A stretch of 64,000 nt of DNA, taken from NCBI RefSeq assembly GCF_009914755.1, contig NC_060925.1; one strand, written 5' to 3'. The notes beneath the pieces are model-generated. The model saw only the letters and a program-made list of their open reading frames with translations, was not told the DNA's origin and searched no databases. The position numbers and the translations under genes were made by a program. How positions within the stretch are numbered: position 1 is the first letter of the stretch; the number at the start of each line of letters is the position of its first letter. The stretch is from the human T2T-CHM13v2.0 reference genome, Homo sapiens. Shown one piece after another: positions 1-14,600 of the stretch.

Positions 1-180
1 AATCGAATGGAATCATCGAATGGACTCGAATGGAATAATCATTGAACGGAATCGAATGGAATCATCATCGGATGGAAATGAATGGAATCATCATCGAATG
101 GAATCGAATAGAATTATGGAATGAAATCCAGTGTGATCATCATCGAATGGACCCGAATGGAATCATCATCCAACGGAAGC

Positions 181-191
181 TAATGGAATCA
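181..191 (+). promoter_or_regulatory. DUX4-type motif match TAATGGAATCA; a second is at 1024-1034, giving two per canonical unit
   Basis: Matches the degenerate DUX4 consensus TAAYBBAATCA. DUX4 is known to bind and induce HSATII. Occupancy of these particular sites cannot be seen from sequence. Confidence 0.4.
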
Positions 192-888
192 ACATCGAAT
201 GAATCGAATGGAAACACCATCGAATTGAAACGAATGGAATTATCATGAAATTGAAATGGATGGACTCATCATCGAATGGATTCGAATGGAATCATCGAAT
301 AAAATTGATTGAAATCATCATCCAATGGAATCGAATGGTATCATTGAATGGAATCGAATGGAATCATCATCAGATGGAAATGAATGGAATCGTCATAGAA
401 TGGAATCGAATGGATTCATTGAATGGAATCAGATGGAATCATCGAATGGACTGGAATGGAATCATTGAATGGACTCGAAAGGGATCATGATTGAATGGAA
501 TTGAATGGAATCATCGAATGGTCTCGATTGGAATCATTATCAAATGGAATCGAATGGAATCACCGAATAGAATCGAATGGAACAATCATCGAATGGACTC
601 AAATGGAATTATCCTCCAATGGAATCGAATGGAATTATCGAATGCAATCGAATGGAATTATCGAATGCAATCGAATAGAATCATCGAATGGACTCGAATG
701 GAATCATCGAATGGAATGGAATGGAACAGTCAATGAACTCGAATGGAATCATCATTGAATGGAATCGAATGGAATCATCGAGTGGAATCGAATGGAATTA
801 TGATCAAATGGAATCGAATGTAATCATCATCAAATGGAATCAAAAATAACCATCATCAATTGGTATTGAATGGATTTGTCATCAAATG

Positions 889-2664
889 GAATTCAAAGGA
901 ATCATCATCAAATGGAACCGAATGGAATCCTCATTGAATGGAAATGAAAGGGGTCATCATCTAATGGAATCGCATGGAATCATCATCAAATGGAATCGAA
1001 TGGAATCATCATCAAATGGAATCTAATGGAATCATTGAACAGAATTGAATGGAATCGTCATCGAATGAATTGAATGCAATCATCGAATGGTCTCGAATGG
1101 AATCATCTTCTAATGGAAAGGAATGGAATCATCGCATAGAATCGAATGGAATTATCATCGAATGGAATCGAATGGTATCAACACCAAACGGAAAAAAACG
1201 GAATTATCGAATGGAATCGAAGAGAATCTTCGAACGGACCCGAATGGAATCATCTAATGGAATGGAATGGAATAATCCATGGACTCGAATGCAATCATCA
1301 TCGAATGGAATCGAATGGAATCATCGAATGGACTCGAATGGAATAATCATTGAACGGAATCGATTGGAATCATCATCGGATGGAAACGAATGGAATCATC
1401 ATCGAATGGAAATGAAAGGAGTCATCATCTAATGGAATTGCATGGAATCATCATAAAATGGAATCGAATGGAATCAACATCAAATGGAATCAAATGGAAT
1501 CATTGAACGGAATTGAATGGAATCGTCATCGAATGAATTGACTGCAATCATCCAATGGTCTCGAATGGAATCATCTTCAAATGGAATGGAATGGAATCAT
1601 CGCATAAAATCGAATGGAATTATCATCGAATGGAATCGAATGGAATCAACATCCAACGGAAAAAAACGGAATTATCGAATGGAATCGAAGAGAATCATCG
1701 AATGGACCCGAATGGAATCATCTAATGGAATGGAATGGAATAATCCATGGACTCGAATGCAATCATCATCGAATGGAATCGAATGGAATCATCGAATGGA
1801 CTCGAATGGAATAATCATTGAACGGAATCGAATGGAATCATCATCGGATGGAAATGAATGGAATCATCATCGAATGGAATCGAATAGAATTATGGAATGA
1901 AATCCAGTGTGATCATCATCGAATGGACCCGAATGGAATCAACATCCAACGGAAGCTAATGGAATCAACATCGAATGAATCGAATGGAAACACCATCGAA
2001 TTGAAACGAATGGAATTATCATGAAATTGAAATGGATGGACTCATCATCGAATGGATTCGAATGGAATCATCGAATAAAATTGATTGAAATCATCATCCA
2101 ATGGAATCGAATGGTATCATTGAATGGAATCGAATGGAATCATCATCAGATGGAAATGAATGGAATCGTCATAGAATGGAATCGAATGGATTCATTGAAT
2201 GGAATCAGATGGAATCATCGAATGGACTGGAATGGAATCATTGAATGGACTCGAAAGGGATCATTATTGAATGGAATTGAATGGAATCATCGAATGGTCT
2301 CGATTGGAATCATTATCAAATGGAATCGAATGAAATCACCGAACAGAATCGAATGGAACAATCATCGAATGGACTCAAATGGAATTATCCTCCAATGGAA
2401 TCGAATGGAATTATCGAATGCAATCGAATGGAATTATCGAATGCAATCGAATAGAATCATCGAATGGACTCGAATGGAATCATCGAATGGAATGGAATGG
2501 AACAGTCAATGAACTCGAATGGAATCATCATTGAATGGAATCGAATGGAATCATCGAGTGGAATCGAATGGAATTATGATCAAATGGAATCGAATGTAAT
2601 CATCATCAAATGGAATCAAAAATAACCATCATCAATTGGTATTGAATGGAATTGTCATCAAATG
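889..2664 (+). repeat. Representative 1,776-bp unit, EcoRI site to EcoRI site
   Basis: GAATTC at 889-894 in ggaattcaaagg, with the next at 2665. Single-copy landmarks in each unit include ccagtgtgatc, caacggaagctaat, gaaagggatca, aacagtcaatg and caaaaataacc. Confidence 0.95.
943..1878 (+). repeat. Internal tandem 468-bp sub-repeats A (about 943-1410) and B (about 1411-1878) within each unit
   Basis: atgaaaggggtcatcatctaat and atgaaaggagtcatcatctaat lie 468 bp apart, as do the paired frames at 1049 and 1517. Diagnostic A/B differences: gaacaga/gaacgga, ttgaatgc/ttgactgc, ctaatggaaagg/caaatggaatgg, ggtatcaacacc/ggaatcaacatc, cttcgaacgg/catcgaatgg, aaacgaat/aaatgaat. Confidence 0.93.
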
Positions 2665-5600
2665 GAATTCAAAGGAATCATCATCAAATGGAACCGAATG
2701 GAATCCTCATTGAATGGAAATGAAAGGGGTCATCATCTAATGGAATCGCATGGAATCATCATCAAATGGAATCGAATGGAATCATCATCAAATGGAATCT
2801 AATGGAATCATTGAACAGAATTGAATGGAATCGTCATCGAATGAATTGAATGCAATCATCGAATGGTCTCGAATGGAATCATCTTCTAATGGAAAGGAAT
2901 GGAATCATCGCATAGAATCGAATGGAATTATCATCGAATGGAATCGAATGGTATCAACACCAAACGGAAAAAAACGGAATTATCGAATGGAATCGAAGAG
3001 AATCTTCGAACGGACCCGAATGGAATCATCTAATGGAATGGAATGGAATAATCCATGGACTCGAATGCAATCATCATCGAATGGAATCGAATGGAATCAT
3101 CGAATGGACTCGAATGGAATAATCATTGAACGGAATCGAATGGAATCATCATCGGATGGAAACGAATGGAATCATCATCGAATGGAAATGAAAGGAGTCA
3201 TCATCTAATGGAATTGCATGGAATCATCATAAAATGGAATCGAATGGAATCAACATCAAATGGAATCAAATGGAATCATTGAACGGAATTGAATGGAATC
3301 GTCATCGAATGAATTGACTACAATCATCCAATGGTCTCGAATGGAATCATCTTCAAATGGAATGGAATGGAATCATCGCATAGAATCGAATGGAATTATC
3401 ATCGAATGGAATCGAATGGAATCAACATCAAACGGAAAAAAACGGAATTATCGAATGGAATCGAAGAGAATCATCGAATGGACCCGAATGGAATCATCTA
3501 ATGGAATGGAATGGAATAATCCATGGACTCGAATGCAATCATCATCGAATGGAATCGAATGGAATCATCGAATGGACTCGAATGGAATAATCATTGAACG
3601 GAATCGAATGGAATCATCATCGGATGGAAATGAATGGAATCATCATCGAATGGAATCGAATAGAATTATGGAATGAAATCCAGTGTGATCATCATCGAAT
3701 GGACCCGAATGGAATCATCATCCAACGGAAGCTAATGGAATCAACATCGAATGAATCGAATGGAAACACCATCGAATTGAAACGAATGGAATTATCATGA
3801 AATTGAAATGGATGGACTCATCATCGAATGGATTCGAATGGAATCATCGAATAAAATTGATTGAAATCATCATCCAATGGAATCGAATGGTATCATTGAA
3901 TGGAATCGAATGGAATCATCATCAGATGGAAATGAATGGAATCGTCATAGAATGGAATCGAATGGATTCATTGAATGGAATCAGATGGAATCATCGAATG
4001 GACTGGAATGGAATCATTGAATGGAATCGAAAGGGATCATAATTGAATGGAATTGAATGGAATCATCGAATGGTCTCGATTGGAATCATTATCAAATGGA
4101 ATCGAATGGAATCACCGAATAGAATCGAATGGAACAATCATCGAATGGACTCAAATGGAATTATCCTCCAATGGAATCGAATGGAATTATCGAATGCAAT
4201 CGAATGGAATTATCGAATGCAATCGAATAGAATCATCGAATGGACTCGAATGGAATCATCGAATGGAATGGAATGGAACAGTCAATGAACTCGAATGGAA
4301 TCATCATTGAATGGAATCGAATGGAATCATCGAGTGGAATCGAATGGAATTATGATCAAATGGAATCGAATGTAATCATCATCAAATGGAATCAAAAATA
4401 ACCATCATCAATTGGTATTGAATGGAATTGTCATCAAATGGAATTCAAAGGAATAATCATCAAATGGAACCGAATGGAATCCTCATTGAATGGAAATGAA
4501 AGGGGTCATCATCTAATGGAATCGCATGGAATCATCATCAAATGGAATCGAATGGAATCATCATCAAATGAAATCTAATGGAATCATTGAACAGAATTGA
4601 ATGGAATCGTCATCGAATGAATTGAATGCAATCATCGAATGGTCTCGAATGGAATCATCTTCTAATGGAAAGGAATGGAATCATCGCATAGAATCGAATG
4701 GAATTATCATCGAATGGAATCGAATGGTATCAACACCAAACGGAAAAAAACGGAATTATCGAATGGAATCGAAGAGAATCTTCGAACGGACCCGAATGGA
4801 ATCATCTAATGGAATGGAATGGAATAATCCATGGACTCGAATGCAATCATCATCGAATGGAATCGAATGGAATCATCGAATGGACTCGAATGGAATAATC
4901 ATTGAACGGAATCGAATGGAATCATCATCGGATGGAAACGAATGGAATCATCATCGAATGGAAATGAAAGGAGTCATCATCTAATGGAATTGCATGGAAT
5001 CATCATAAAATGGAATCGAATGGAATCAACATCAAATGGAATCAAATGGAATCATTGAACGGAATTGAATGGAATCGTCATCGAATGAATTGACTGCAAT
5101 CATCCAATGGTCTCGAATGGAATCATCTTCAAATGGAATGGAATGGAATCATCGCATAGAATCGAATGGAATTATCGTCGAATGGAATCGAATGGAATCA
5201 ACATCAAATGGAAAAAAACGGAATTATCGAATGGAATCGAAGAGAATCATCGAATGGACCCGAATGGAATCATCTAATGGAATGGAATGGAATAATCCAT
5301 GGACTCGAATGCAATCATCATCGAATGGAATCGAATGGAATCATCGAATGGACTCGAATGGAATAATCATTGAACGGAATCGAATGGAATCATCATCGGA
5401 TGGAAATGAATGGAATCATCATCGAATGGAATCGAATAGAATTATGGAATGAAATCCAGTGTGATCATCATCGAATGGACCCGAATGGAATCATCATCCA
5501 ACGGAAGCTAATGGAATCAACATCGAATGAATCAAATGGAAACACCATCGAATTGAAACGAATGGAATTACCATGAAATTGAAATGGATGGACTCATCAT

Positions 5601-8600
5601 CGAATGGATTCGAATGGAATCATCGAATAAAATTGATTGAAATCATCATCGAATGGAATCGAATGGTATCATTGAATGGAATCGAATGGAATCATCATCA
5701 GATGGAAATGAATGGAATCGTCATAGAATGGAATCGAATGGATTCATTGAATGGAATCAGATGGAATCATCGAATGGACTGGAATGGAATCATTGAATGG
5801 ACTCGAAAGGGATCATGATTGAATGGAATTGAATGGAATCATCGAATGGTCTCGATTGGAATCATTATCAAATGGAATCGAATGGAATCACCGAATAGAA
5901 TCGAATGGAACAATCATCGAATGGACTCAAATGGAATTATCCTCAAATGGAATCGAATGGAATTATCGAATGCAATCGAATGGAATTATCGAATGCAATC
6001 GAATAGAATCATCGAATGGACTCGAATGGAATCATCGAATGGAATGGAATGGAATGGAACAGTCAATGAACTCGAATGGAATCATCATTGAATGGAATCG
6101 AATGGAATCATCGAGTGGAATCGAATGGAATTATGATCAAATGGAATCGAATGTAATCATCATCAAATGGAATCAAAAATAACCATCATCAATTGGTATT
6201 GAATGGAATTGTCATCAAATGGAATTCAAAGGAATCATCATCAAATGGAACCGAATGGAATCCTCATTGAATGGAAATGAAAGGGGTCATCATCTAATGG
6301 AATCGCATGGAATCATCATCAAATGGAATCGAATGGAATCATCATCAAATGGAATCTAATGGAATCATTGAACAGAATTGAATGGAATCGTCATCGAATG
6401 AATTGAATGCAATCATCGAATGGTCTCGAATGGAATCATCTTCTAATGGAAAGGAATGGAATCATCGCATAGAATCGAATGGAATTATCATCGAATGGAA
6501 TCGAATGGTATCAACACCAAACGGAAAAAAACGGAATTATCGAATGGAATCGAAGAGAATCTTCGAACGGACCCGAATGGAATCATCTAATGGAATGGAA
6601 TGGAATAATCCATGGACTCGAATGCAATCATCATCGAATGGAATCGAATGGAATCATCGAATGGACTCGAATGGAATAATCATTGAACGGAATCGAATGG
6701 AATCATCATCGGATGGAAACGAATGGAATCATCATCGAATGGAAATGAAAGGAGTCATCATCTAATGGAATTGCATGGAATCATCATAAAATGGAATCGA
6801 ATGGAATCAACATCAAATGGAATCAAATGGAATCATTGAACGGAATTGAATGGAATCGTCGTCGAATGAATTGACTGCAATCATCCAATGGTCTCGAATG
6901 GAATCATCTTCAAATGGAATGGAATGGAATCATCGCATAGAATCGAATGGAATTATCGTCGAATGGAATCGAATGGAATCAACATCAAATGGAAAAAAAC
7001 GGAATTATCGAATGGAATCGAAGAGAATCATCGAATGGACCCGAATGGAATCATCTAATGGAATGGAATGGAATAATCCATGGACTCGAATGCAATCATC
7101 ATCGAATGGAATCGAATGGAATCATCGAATGGACTCGAATGGAATAATCATTGAACGGAATCGAATGGAATCATCATCGGATGGAAATGAATGGAATCAT
7201 CATCGAATGGAATCGAATAGAATTATGGAATGAAATCCAGTGTGATCATCATCGAATGGACCCGAATGGAATCATCATCCAACGGAAGCTAATGGAATCA
7301 ACATCGAATGAATCAAATGGAAACACCATCGAATTGAAACGAATGGAATTATCATGAAATTGAAATGGATGGACTCATCATCGAATGGATTCGAATGGAA
7401 TCATCGAATAAAATTGATTGAAATCATCATCGAATGGAATCGAATGGTATCATTGAATGGAATCGAATGGAATCATCATCAGATGGAAATGAATGGAATC
7501 GTCATAGAATGGAATCGAATGGATTCATTGAATGGAATCAGATGGAATCATCGAATGGACTGGAATGGAATCATTGAATGGACTCGAAAGGGATCATGAT
7601 TGAATGGAATTGAATGGAATCATCGAATGGTCTCGATTGGAATCATTATCAAATGGAATCGAATGGAATCACCGAATAGAATCGAATGGAACAATCATCG
7701 AATGGACTCAAATGGAATTATCCTCCAATGGAATCGAATGGAATTATCGAATGCAATCGAATGGAATTATCGAATGCAATCGAATAGAATCATCGAATGG
7801 ACTCGAATGGAATCATCGAATGGAATGGAATGGAACAGTCAATGAACTCGAATGGAATCATCATTGAATGGAATCGAATGGAATCATCGAGTGGAATCAA
7901 ATGGAATTATGATCAAATGGAATCGAATGTAATCATCATCAAATGGAATCAAAAATAACCATCATCAATTGGTATTGAATGGAATTGTCATCAAATGGAA
8001 TTCAAAGGAATCAATATCAAATGGAACCGAATGGAATCCTCATTGAATGGAAATGAAAGGGGTCATCATCTAATGGAATCGCATGGAATCATCATCAAAT
8101 GGAATCGAATGGAATCATCATCAAATGGAATCTAATGGAATCATTGAACAGAATTGAATGGAATCGTCATCGAATGAATTGAATGCAATCATCGAATGGT
8201 CTCGAATGGAATCATCTTCTAATGGAAAGGAATGGAATCATCGCATAGAATCGAATGGAATTATCATCGAATGGAATCGAATGGTATCAACACCAAACGG
8301 AAAAAAACGGAATTATCGAATGGAATCGAAGAGAATCTTCGAACGGACCCGAATGGAATCATCTAATGGAATGGAATGGAATAATCCATGGACTCGAATG
8401 CAATCATCATCGAATGGAATCGAATGGAATCATCGAATGGACTTGAATGGAATAATCATTGAACGGAATCGATTGGAATCATCATCGGATGGAAACGAAT
8501 GGAATCATCATCGAATGGAAATGAAAGGAGTCATCATCTAATGGAATTGCATGGAATCATCATAAAATGGAATCGAATGGAATCAACATCAAATGGAATC

Positions 8601-11600
8601 AAATGGAATCATTGAACGGAATTGAATGGAATCGTCATCGAATGAATTGACTGCAATCATCCAATGGTCTCGAATGGAATCATCTTCAAATGGAATGGAA
8701 TGGAATCATCGCATAGAATCGAATGGAATTATCATCGAATGGAATCGAATGGAATCAACATCCAACGGAAAAAAACGGAATTATCGAATGGAATCGAAGA
8801 GAATCATCGAATGGACCCGAATGGAATCATCTAATGGAATGGAATGGAATAATCCATGGACTCGAATGCAATCATCATCGAATGGAATCGAATGGAATCA
8901 TCGAATGGACTCGAATGGAATAATCATTGAACGGAATCGAATGGAATCATCATCGGATGGAAATGAATGGAATCATCATCGAATGGAATCGAATAGAATT
9001 ATGGAATGAAATCCAGTGTGATCATCATCGAATGGACCCGAATGGAATCATGATCCAACGGAAGCTAATGGAATCAACATCGAATGAATCGAATGGAAAC
9101 ACCATCGAATTGAAACGAATGGAATTATCATGAAATTGAAATGGATGGACTCATCATCGAATGGATTCGAATGGAATCATCGAATAAAATTGATTGAAAT
9201 CATCATCCAATGGAATCGAATGGTATCATTGAATGGAATCGAATGGGATCATCATCAGATGGAAATGAATGGAATCGTCATAGAATGGAATCGAATGGAT
9301 TCATTGAATGGAATCAGATGGAATCATCGAATGGACTGGAATGGAATCATTGAATGGACTCGAAAGGGATCATTATTGAATGGAATTGAATGGAATCATC
9401 GAATGGTCTCGATTGGAATCATTATCAAATGGAATCGAATGGAATCACCGAATAGAATGGAATGGAACAATCATCGAATGGACTCAAATGGAATTATCCT
9501 CCAATGGAATCGAATGGAATTATCGAATGCAATCGAATGGAATTATCGAATGCAATCGAATAGAATCATCGGATGGACTCGAATGGAATCATCGCATGGA
9601 ATGGAATGGAACAGTCAATGAACTCGAATGGAATCATCATTGAATGGAATCGAATGGAATCATCGAGTGGAATCGAATGGAATTATGATCAAATGGAATC
9701 GAATGTAATCATCATCAAATGGAATCAAAAATAACCATCATCAATTGGTATTGAATGGAATTGTCATCAAATGGAATTCAAAGGAATCATCATCAAATGG
9801 AACCGAATGGAATCCTCATTGAATGGAAATGAAAGGGGTCATCATCTAATGGAATCGCATGGAATCATCATCAAATGGAATCGAATGGAATCATCATCAA
9901 ATGGAATCTAATGGAATCATTGAACAGAATTGAATGGAATCGTCATCGAATGAATTGAATGCAATCATTGAATGGTCTCGAATGGAATCATCTTCTAATG
10001 GAAAGGAATGGAATCATCGCATAGAATCGAATGGAATTATCATCGAATGGAATCGAATGGTATCAACACCAAACGGAAAAAAACGGAATTATCGAATGGA
10101 ATCGAAGAGAATCTTCGAACGGACCCGAATGGAATCATCTAATGGAATGGAACGGAATAATCCATGGACTCGAATGCAATCATCATCGAATGGAATCGAA
10201 TGGAATCATCGAATGGACTCGAATGGAATAATCATTGAACGGAATCGAATGGAATCATCATCGGATGGAAACGAATGGAATCATCATTGAATGGAAATGA
10301 AAGGAGTCATCATCTAATGGAATTGCATGGAATCATCATAAAATGGAATCGAATGGAATCAACATCAAATGGAATCAAATGGAATCATTGAACGGAATTG
10401 AATGGAATCGTCATCGAATGAATTGAGTGCAATCATCGAATGATCTAGAATGGAATCATCTTCAAATGGAATGGAATGGAATCATCGCATAGAATCGAAT
10501 GGAAGTATCATCGAATGGAATCGAATGGAATCAACATCAAACGGAAAAAAACGGAATTATCGAATGGAATCGAAGAGAATCATCGAATGGACCCGAATGG
10601 AATCATCTAATGGAATGGAATGGAATAATCCATGGACTCGAATGCAATCATCATCGAATGGAATCGAATGGAATCATCGAATGGACTCGAATGGAATAAT
10701 CATTGAACGGAATAGAATGGAATCATCATCGGATGGAAATGAATGGAATCATCATCGAATGGAATCGAATAGAATTATGGAATGAAATCCAGTGTGATCA
10801 TCATCGAATGGACCCGAATGGAATCATCATCCAACGGAAGCTAATGGAATCAACATCGAATGAATCAAATGGAAACACCATCGAATTGAAACGAATGGAA
10901 TTATCATGAAATTGAAATGGATGGACTCATCATCGAATGGATTCGAATGGAATCATCGAATAAAATTGATTGAAATCATCATCGAATGGAATCGAATGGT
11001 ATCATTGAATGGAATCGAATGGAATCATCATCAGATGGAAATGAATGGAATCGTCATAGAATGGAATCGAATGGATTCATTGAATGGAATCAGATGGAAT
11101 CATCGAATGGACTGGAATGGAATCATTGAATGGACTCGAAAGGGATCATGATTGAATGGAATTGAATGGAATCATCGAATGGTCTCGATTGGAATCATTA
11201 TCAAATGGAATCGAATGGAATCACCGAATAGAATCGAATGGAACAATCATCGAATGGACTCAAATGGAATTATCCTCCAATGGAATGGAATGGAATTATC
11301 GAATGCAATCGAATGGAATTATCGAATGCAATCGAATAGAATCATCGAATGGACTCGAATGGAATCATCGAATGGAATGGAATGGAACAGTCAATGAACT
11401 CGAATGGAATCATCATTGAATGGAATCGAATGGAATCATCGAGTGGAATCGAATGGAATTATGATCAAATGGAATCGAATGTAATCATCATCAAATGGAA
11501 TCAAAAATAACCATCATCAATTGGTATTGAATGGAATTGTCATCAAATGGAATTCAAAGGAATCATCATCAAATGGAACCGAATGGAATCCTCATTGAAT

Positions 11601-14600
11601 GGAAATGAAAGGGGTCATCATCTAAAGGAATCGCATGATATCATCATCAAATGGAATCGAATGGAATCATCATCAAATGGAATCTAATGGAATCATTGAA
11701 CAGAATTGAATGGAATCGTCATCGAATGAATTGAATGCAATCATCGAATGGTCTCGAATGGATTCATCTTCTAATGGAAAGGAATGGAATCATCGCATAG
11801 AATCGAATGGAATTATCATCGAATGGAATCGAATGGTATCAACACCAAACGGAAAAAAACGGAATTATCGAATGGAATCGAAGAGAATCTTCGAACGGAA
11901 CCGAATGGAATCATCTAATGGAATGGAATGGAATAATCCATGGACTCGAATGCAATCATCATCGAATGGAATCGAATGGAATCATCGAATGGACTCGAAT
12001 GGAATAATCATTGAACGGAATCGATTGGAATCATCATCGGATGGAAACGAATGGAATCATCATCGAATGGAAATGAAAGGAGTCATCATCTAATGGAATT
12101 GCATGGAATCATCATAAAATGGAATCGAATGGAATCAACATCAAATGGAATCAAATGGAATCATTGAACGGAATTGAATGGAATCGTCATCGAATGAATT
12201 GACTGCAATCATCCAATGGTCTCGAATGGAATCATCTTCAAATGGAATGGAATGGAATCATCGCATAGAATCGAATGGAATTATCATCGAATGGAATCGA
12301 ATGGAATCAATATCCAACGGAAAAAAACGGAATTATCGAATGGAATCGAGGAGAATCATCGAATGGACCCGAATGGAATCATGTAATGGAATGGAATGGA
12401 ATAATCCATGGACTCGAATGCAATCATCATCGAATGGAATCGAATGGAATCATCGAATGGACTCGAATGGAATAATCATTGAACGGAATCGAATGGAATC
12501 ATCATCGGATGGAAATGAATGGAATCATCATCGAATGGAATCGAATAGAATTATTGAATGAAATCCAGTGTGATCATCATCGAATGGACCCGAATGGAAT
12601 CATCATCCAACGGAAGCTAATGGAATCAACATCGAATGAATCAAATGGAAACACCATCGAATTGAAACGAATGGAATTATCATGAAATTGAAATGGATGG
12701 ACTCATCATCGAATGGATTCGAATGGAATCATCGAATAAAATTGATTGAAATCATCATCGAATGGAATCGAATGGTATCATTGAATGGAATCGAATGGAA
12801 TCATCATCAGATGGAAATGAATGGAATCGTCATAGAATGGAATCGAATGGATTCATTGAATGGAATCAGATGGAATCATCGAATGGACTGGAATGGAATC
12901 ATTGAATGGACTCGAAAGGGATCATGATTGAATGGAATTGAATGGAATCATCGAATGGTCTCGATTGGAATCATTATCAAATGGAATCGAATGGAATCAC
13001 CGAATAGAATCGAATGGAACAATCATCGAATGGACTCAAATGGAATTATCCTCAAATGGAATCGAATGGAATTATCGAATGCAATCGAATGGAATTATCG
13101 AATGCAATCGAATAGAATCATCGAATGGACTCGAATGGAATCATCGAATGGAATGGAATGGAACAGTCAATGAACTCGAATGGAATCATCATTGAATGGA
13201 ATCGAATGGAATCATCGAGTGGAATCGAATGGAATTATGATCAAATGGAATCGAATGTAATCGTCATCAAATGGAATCAAAAATAACCATCATCAATTGG
13301 TATTGAATGGAATTGTCATCAAATGGAATTCAAAGGAATCATCATCAAATGGAACCGAATGGAATCCTCATTGAATGGAAATGAAAGGGGTCATCATCTA
13401 ATGGAATCGCATGGAATCATCATAAAATGGAATCGAATGGAATCAACATCAAATGGAATCAAATGGAATCATTGAACGGAATTGAATGGAATCGTCATCG
13501 AATGAATTGGATGCAATCATCGAATGGTCTCGAATGGAATCTTCTTCAAATGGAATGGAATGGAATCATCGCATAGAATCGAATGGAATTATCATCGAAT
13601 GGAATCGAATGGAATCAACATCAAACGGAAAAAAACGGAATTATCGAATGGAACCGAAGAGAATCATCGAATGGACCCGAATGGAATCATCTAATAGAAT
13701 GGAATGGAATAATCCATGGACTCGAATGCAATCATCATCGAATGGAATCGAATGGAATCATCGAATGGACTCGAATGGAATAATCATTGAACGGAATCGA
13801 TTGGAATCATCATCGGATGGAAACGAATGGAATCATCATCGAATGGAAATGAAAGGAGTCATCATCTAATGGAATTGCATGGAATCATCATAAAATGGAA
13901 TCGAATGGAATCAACATCAAATGGAATCAAATGGAATCATTGAACGGAATTGAATGGAATCGTCATCGAATGAATTGACTGCAATCATCCAATGGTCTCG
14001 AATGGAATCATCTTCAAATGGAATGGAATGGAATCATCGCATAGAAGCGAATGGAATTATCATCGAATGGAATCGAATGGAATCAACATCCAACGGAAAA
14101 AAACGGAATTATCGAATGGAATCGAAGAGAATCATCGAATGGACCCGAATGGAATCATCTAATGGAAAGGAATGGAATAATCCATGGACTCGAATGCAAT
14201 CATCATCGAATGGAATCGAATGGAATCATCGAATGGACTCGAATGGAATAATCATTGAACGGAATCGAATGGAATCATCATCGGATGGAAATGAATGGAA
14301 TCATCATCGAATGGAATCGAATAGAATTATGGAATGAAATCCAGTGTGATCATCATCGAATGGACCCGAATGGAATCATCATCCAACGGAAGCTAATGGA
14401 ATCAACATCGAATGAATCAAATGGAAACACCATCGAATTGAAACGAATGGAATTATCATGAAATTGAAATGGATGGACTCATCATCGAATGGATTCGAAA
14501 GGAATCATCGAATAAAATTGATTGAAATCATCATCGAATGGAATCGAATGGTATCATTGAATGGAATCGAATGGAATCATCATCAGATGGAAATGAATGG

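Noticed and set aside
296-303. AATAAA polyadenylation-like hexamer once per unit
   Set aside because: A single hexamer in A-rich satellite is expected by chance. There is no clear downstream GU-rich element and no transcript evidence.
2021-2512. Longer 163-aa and 156-aa ORFs (also 9130, 38126, 42014, 48984, 52872, 58066, 59842, 61618)
   Set aside because: They arise from a single TGA/TTA polymorphism or from the 670-bp junction, and give no evidence of coding selection.
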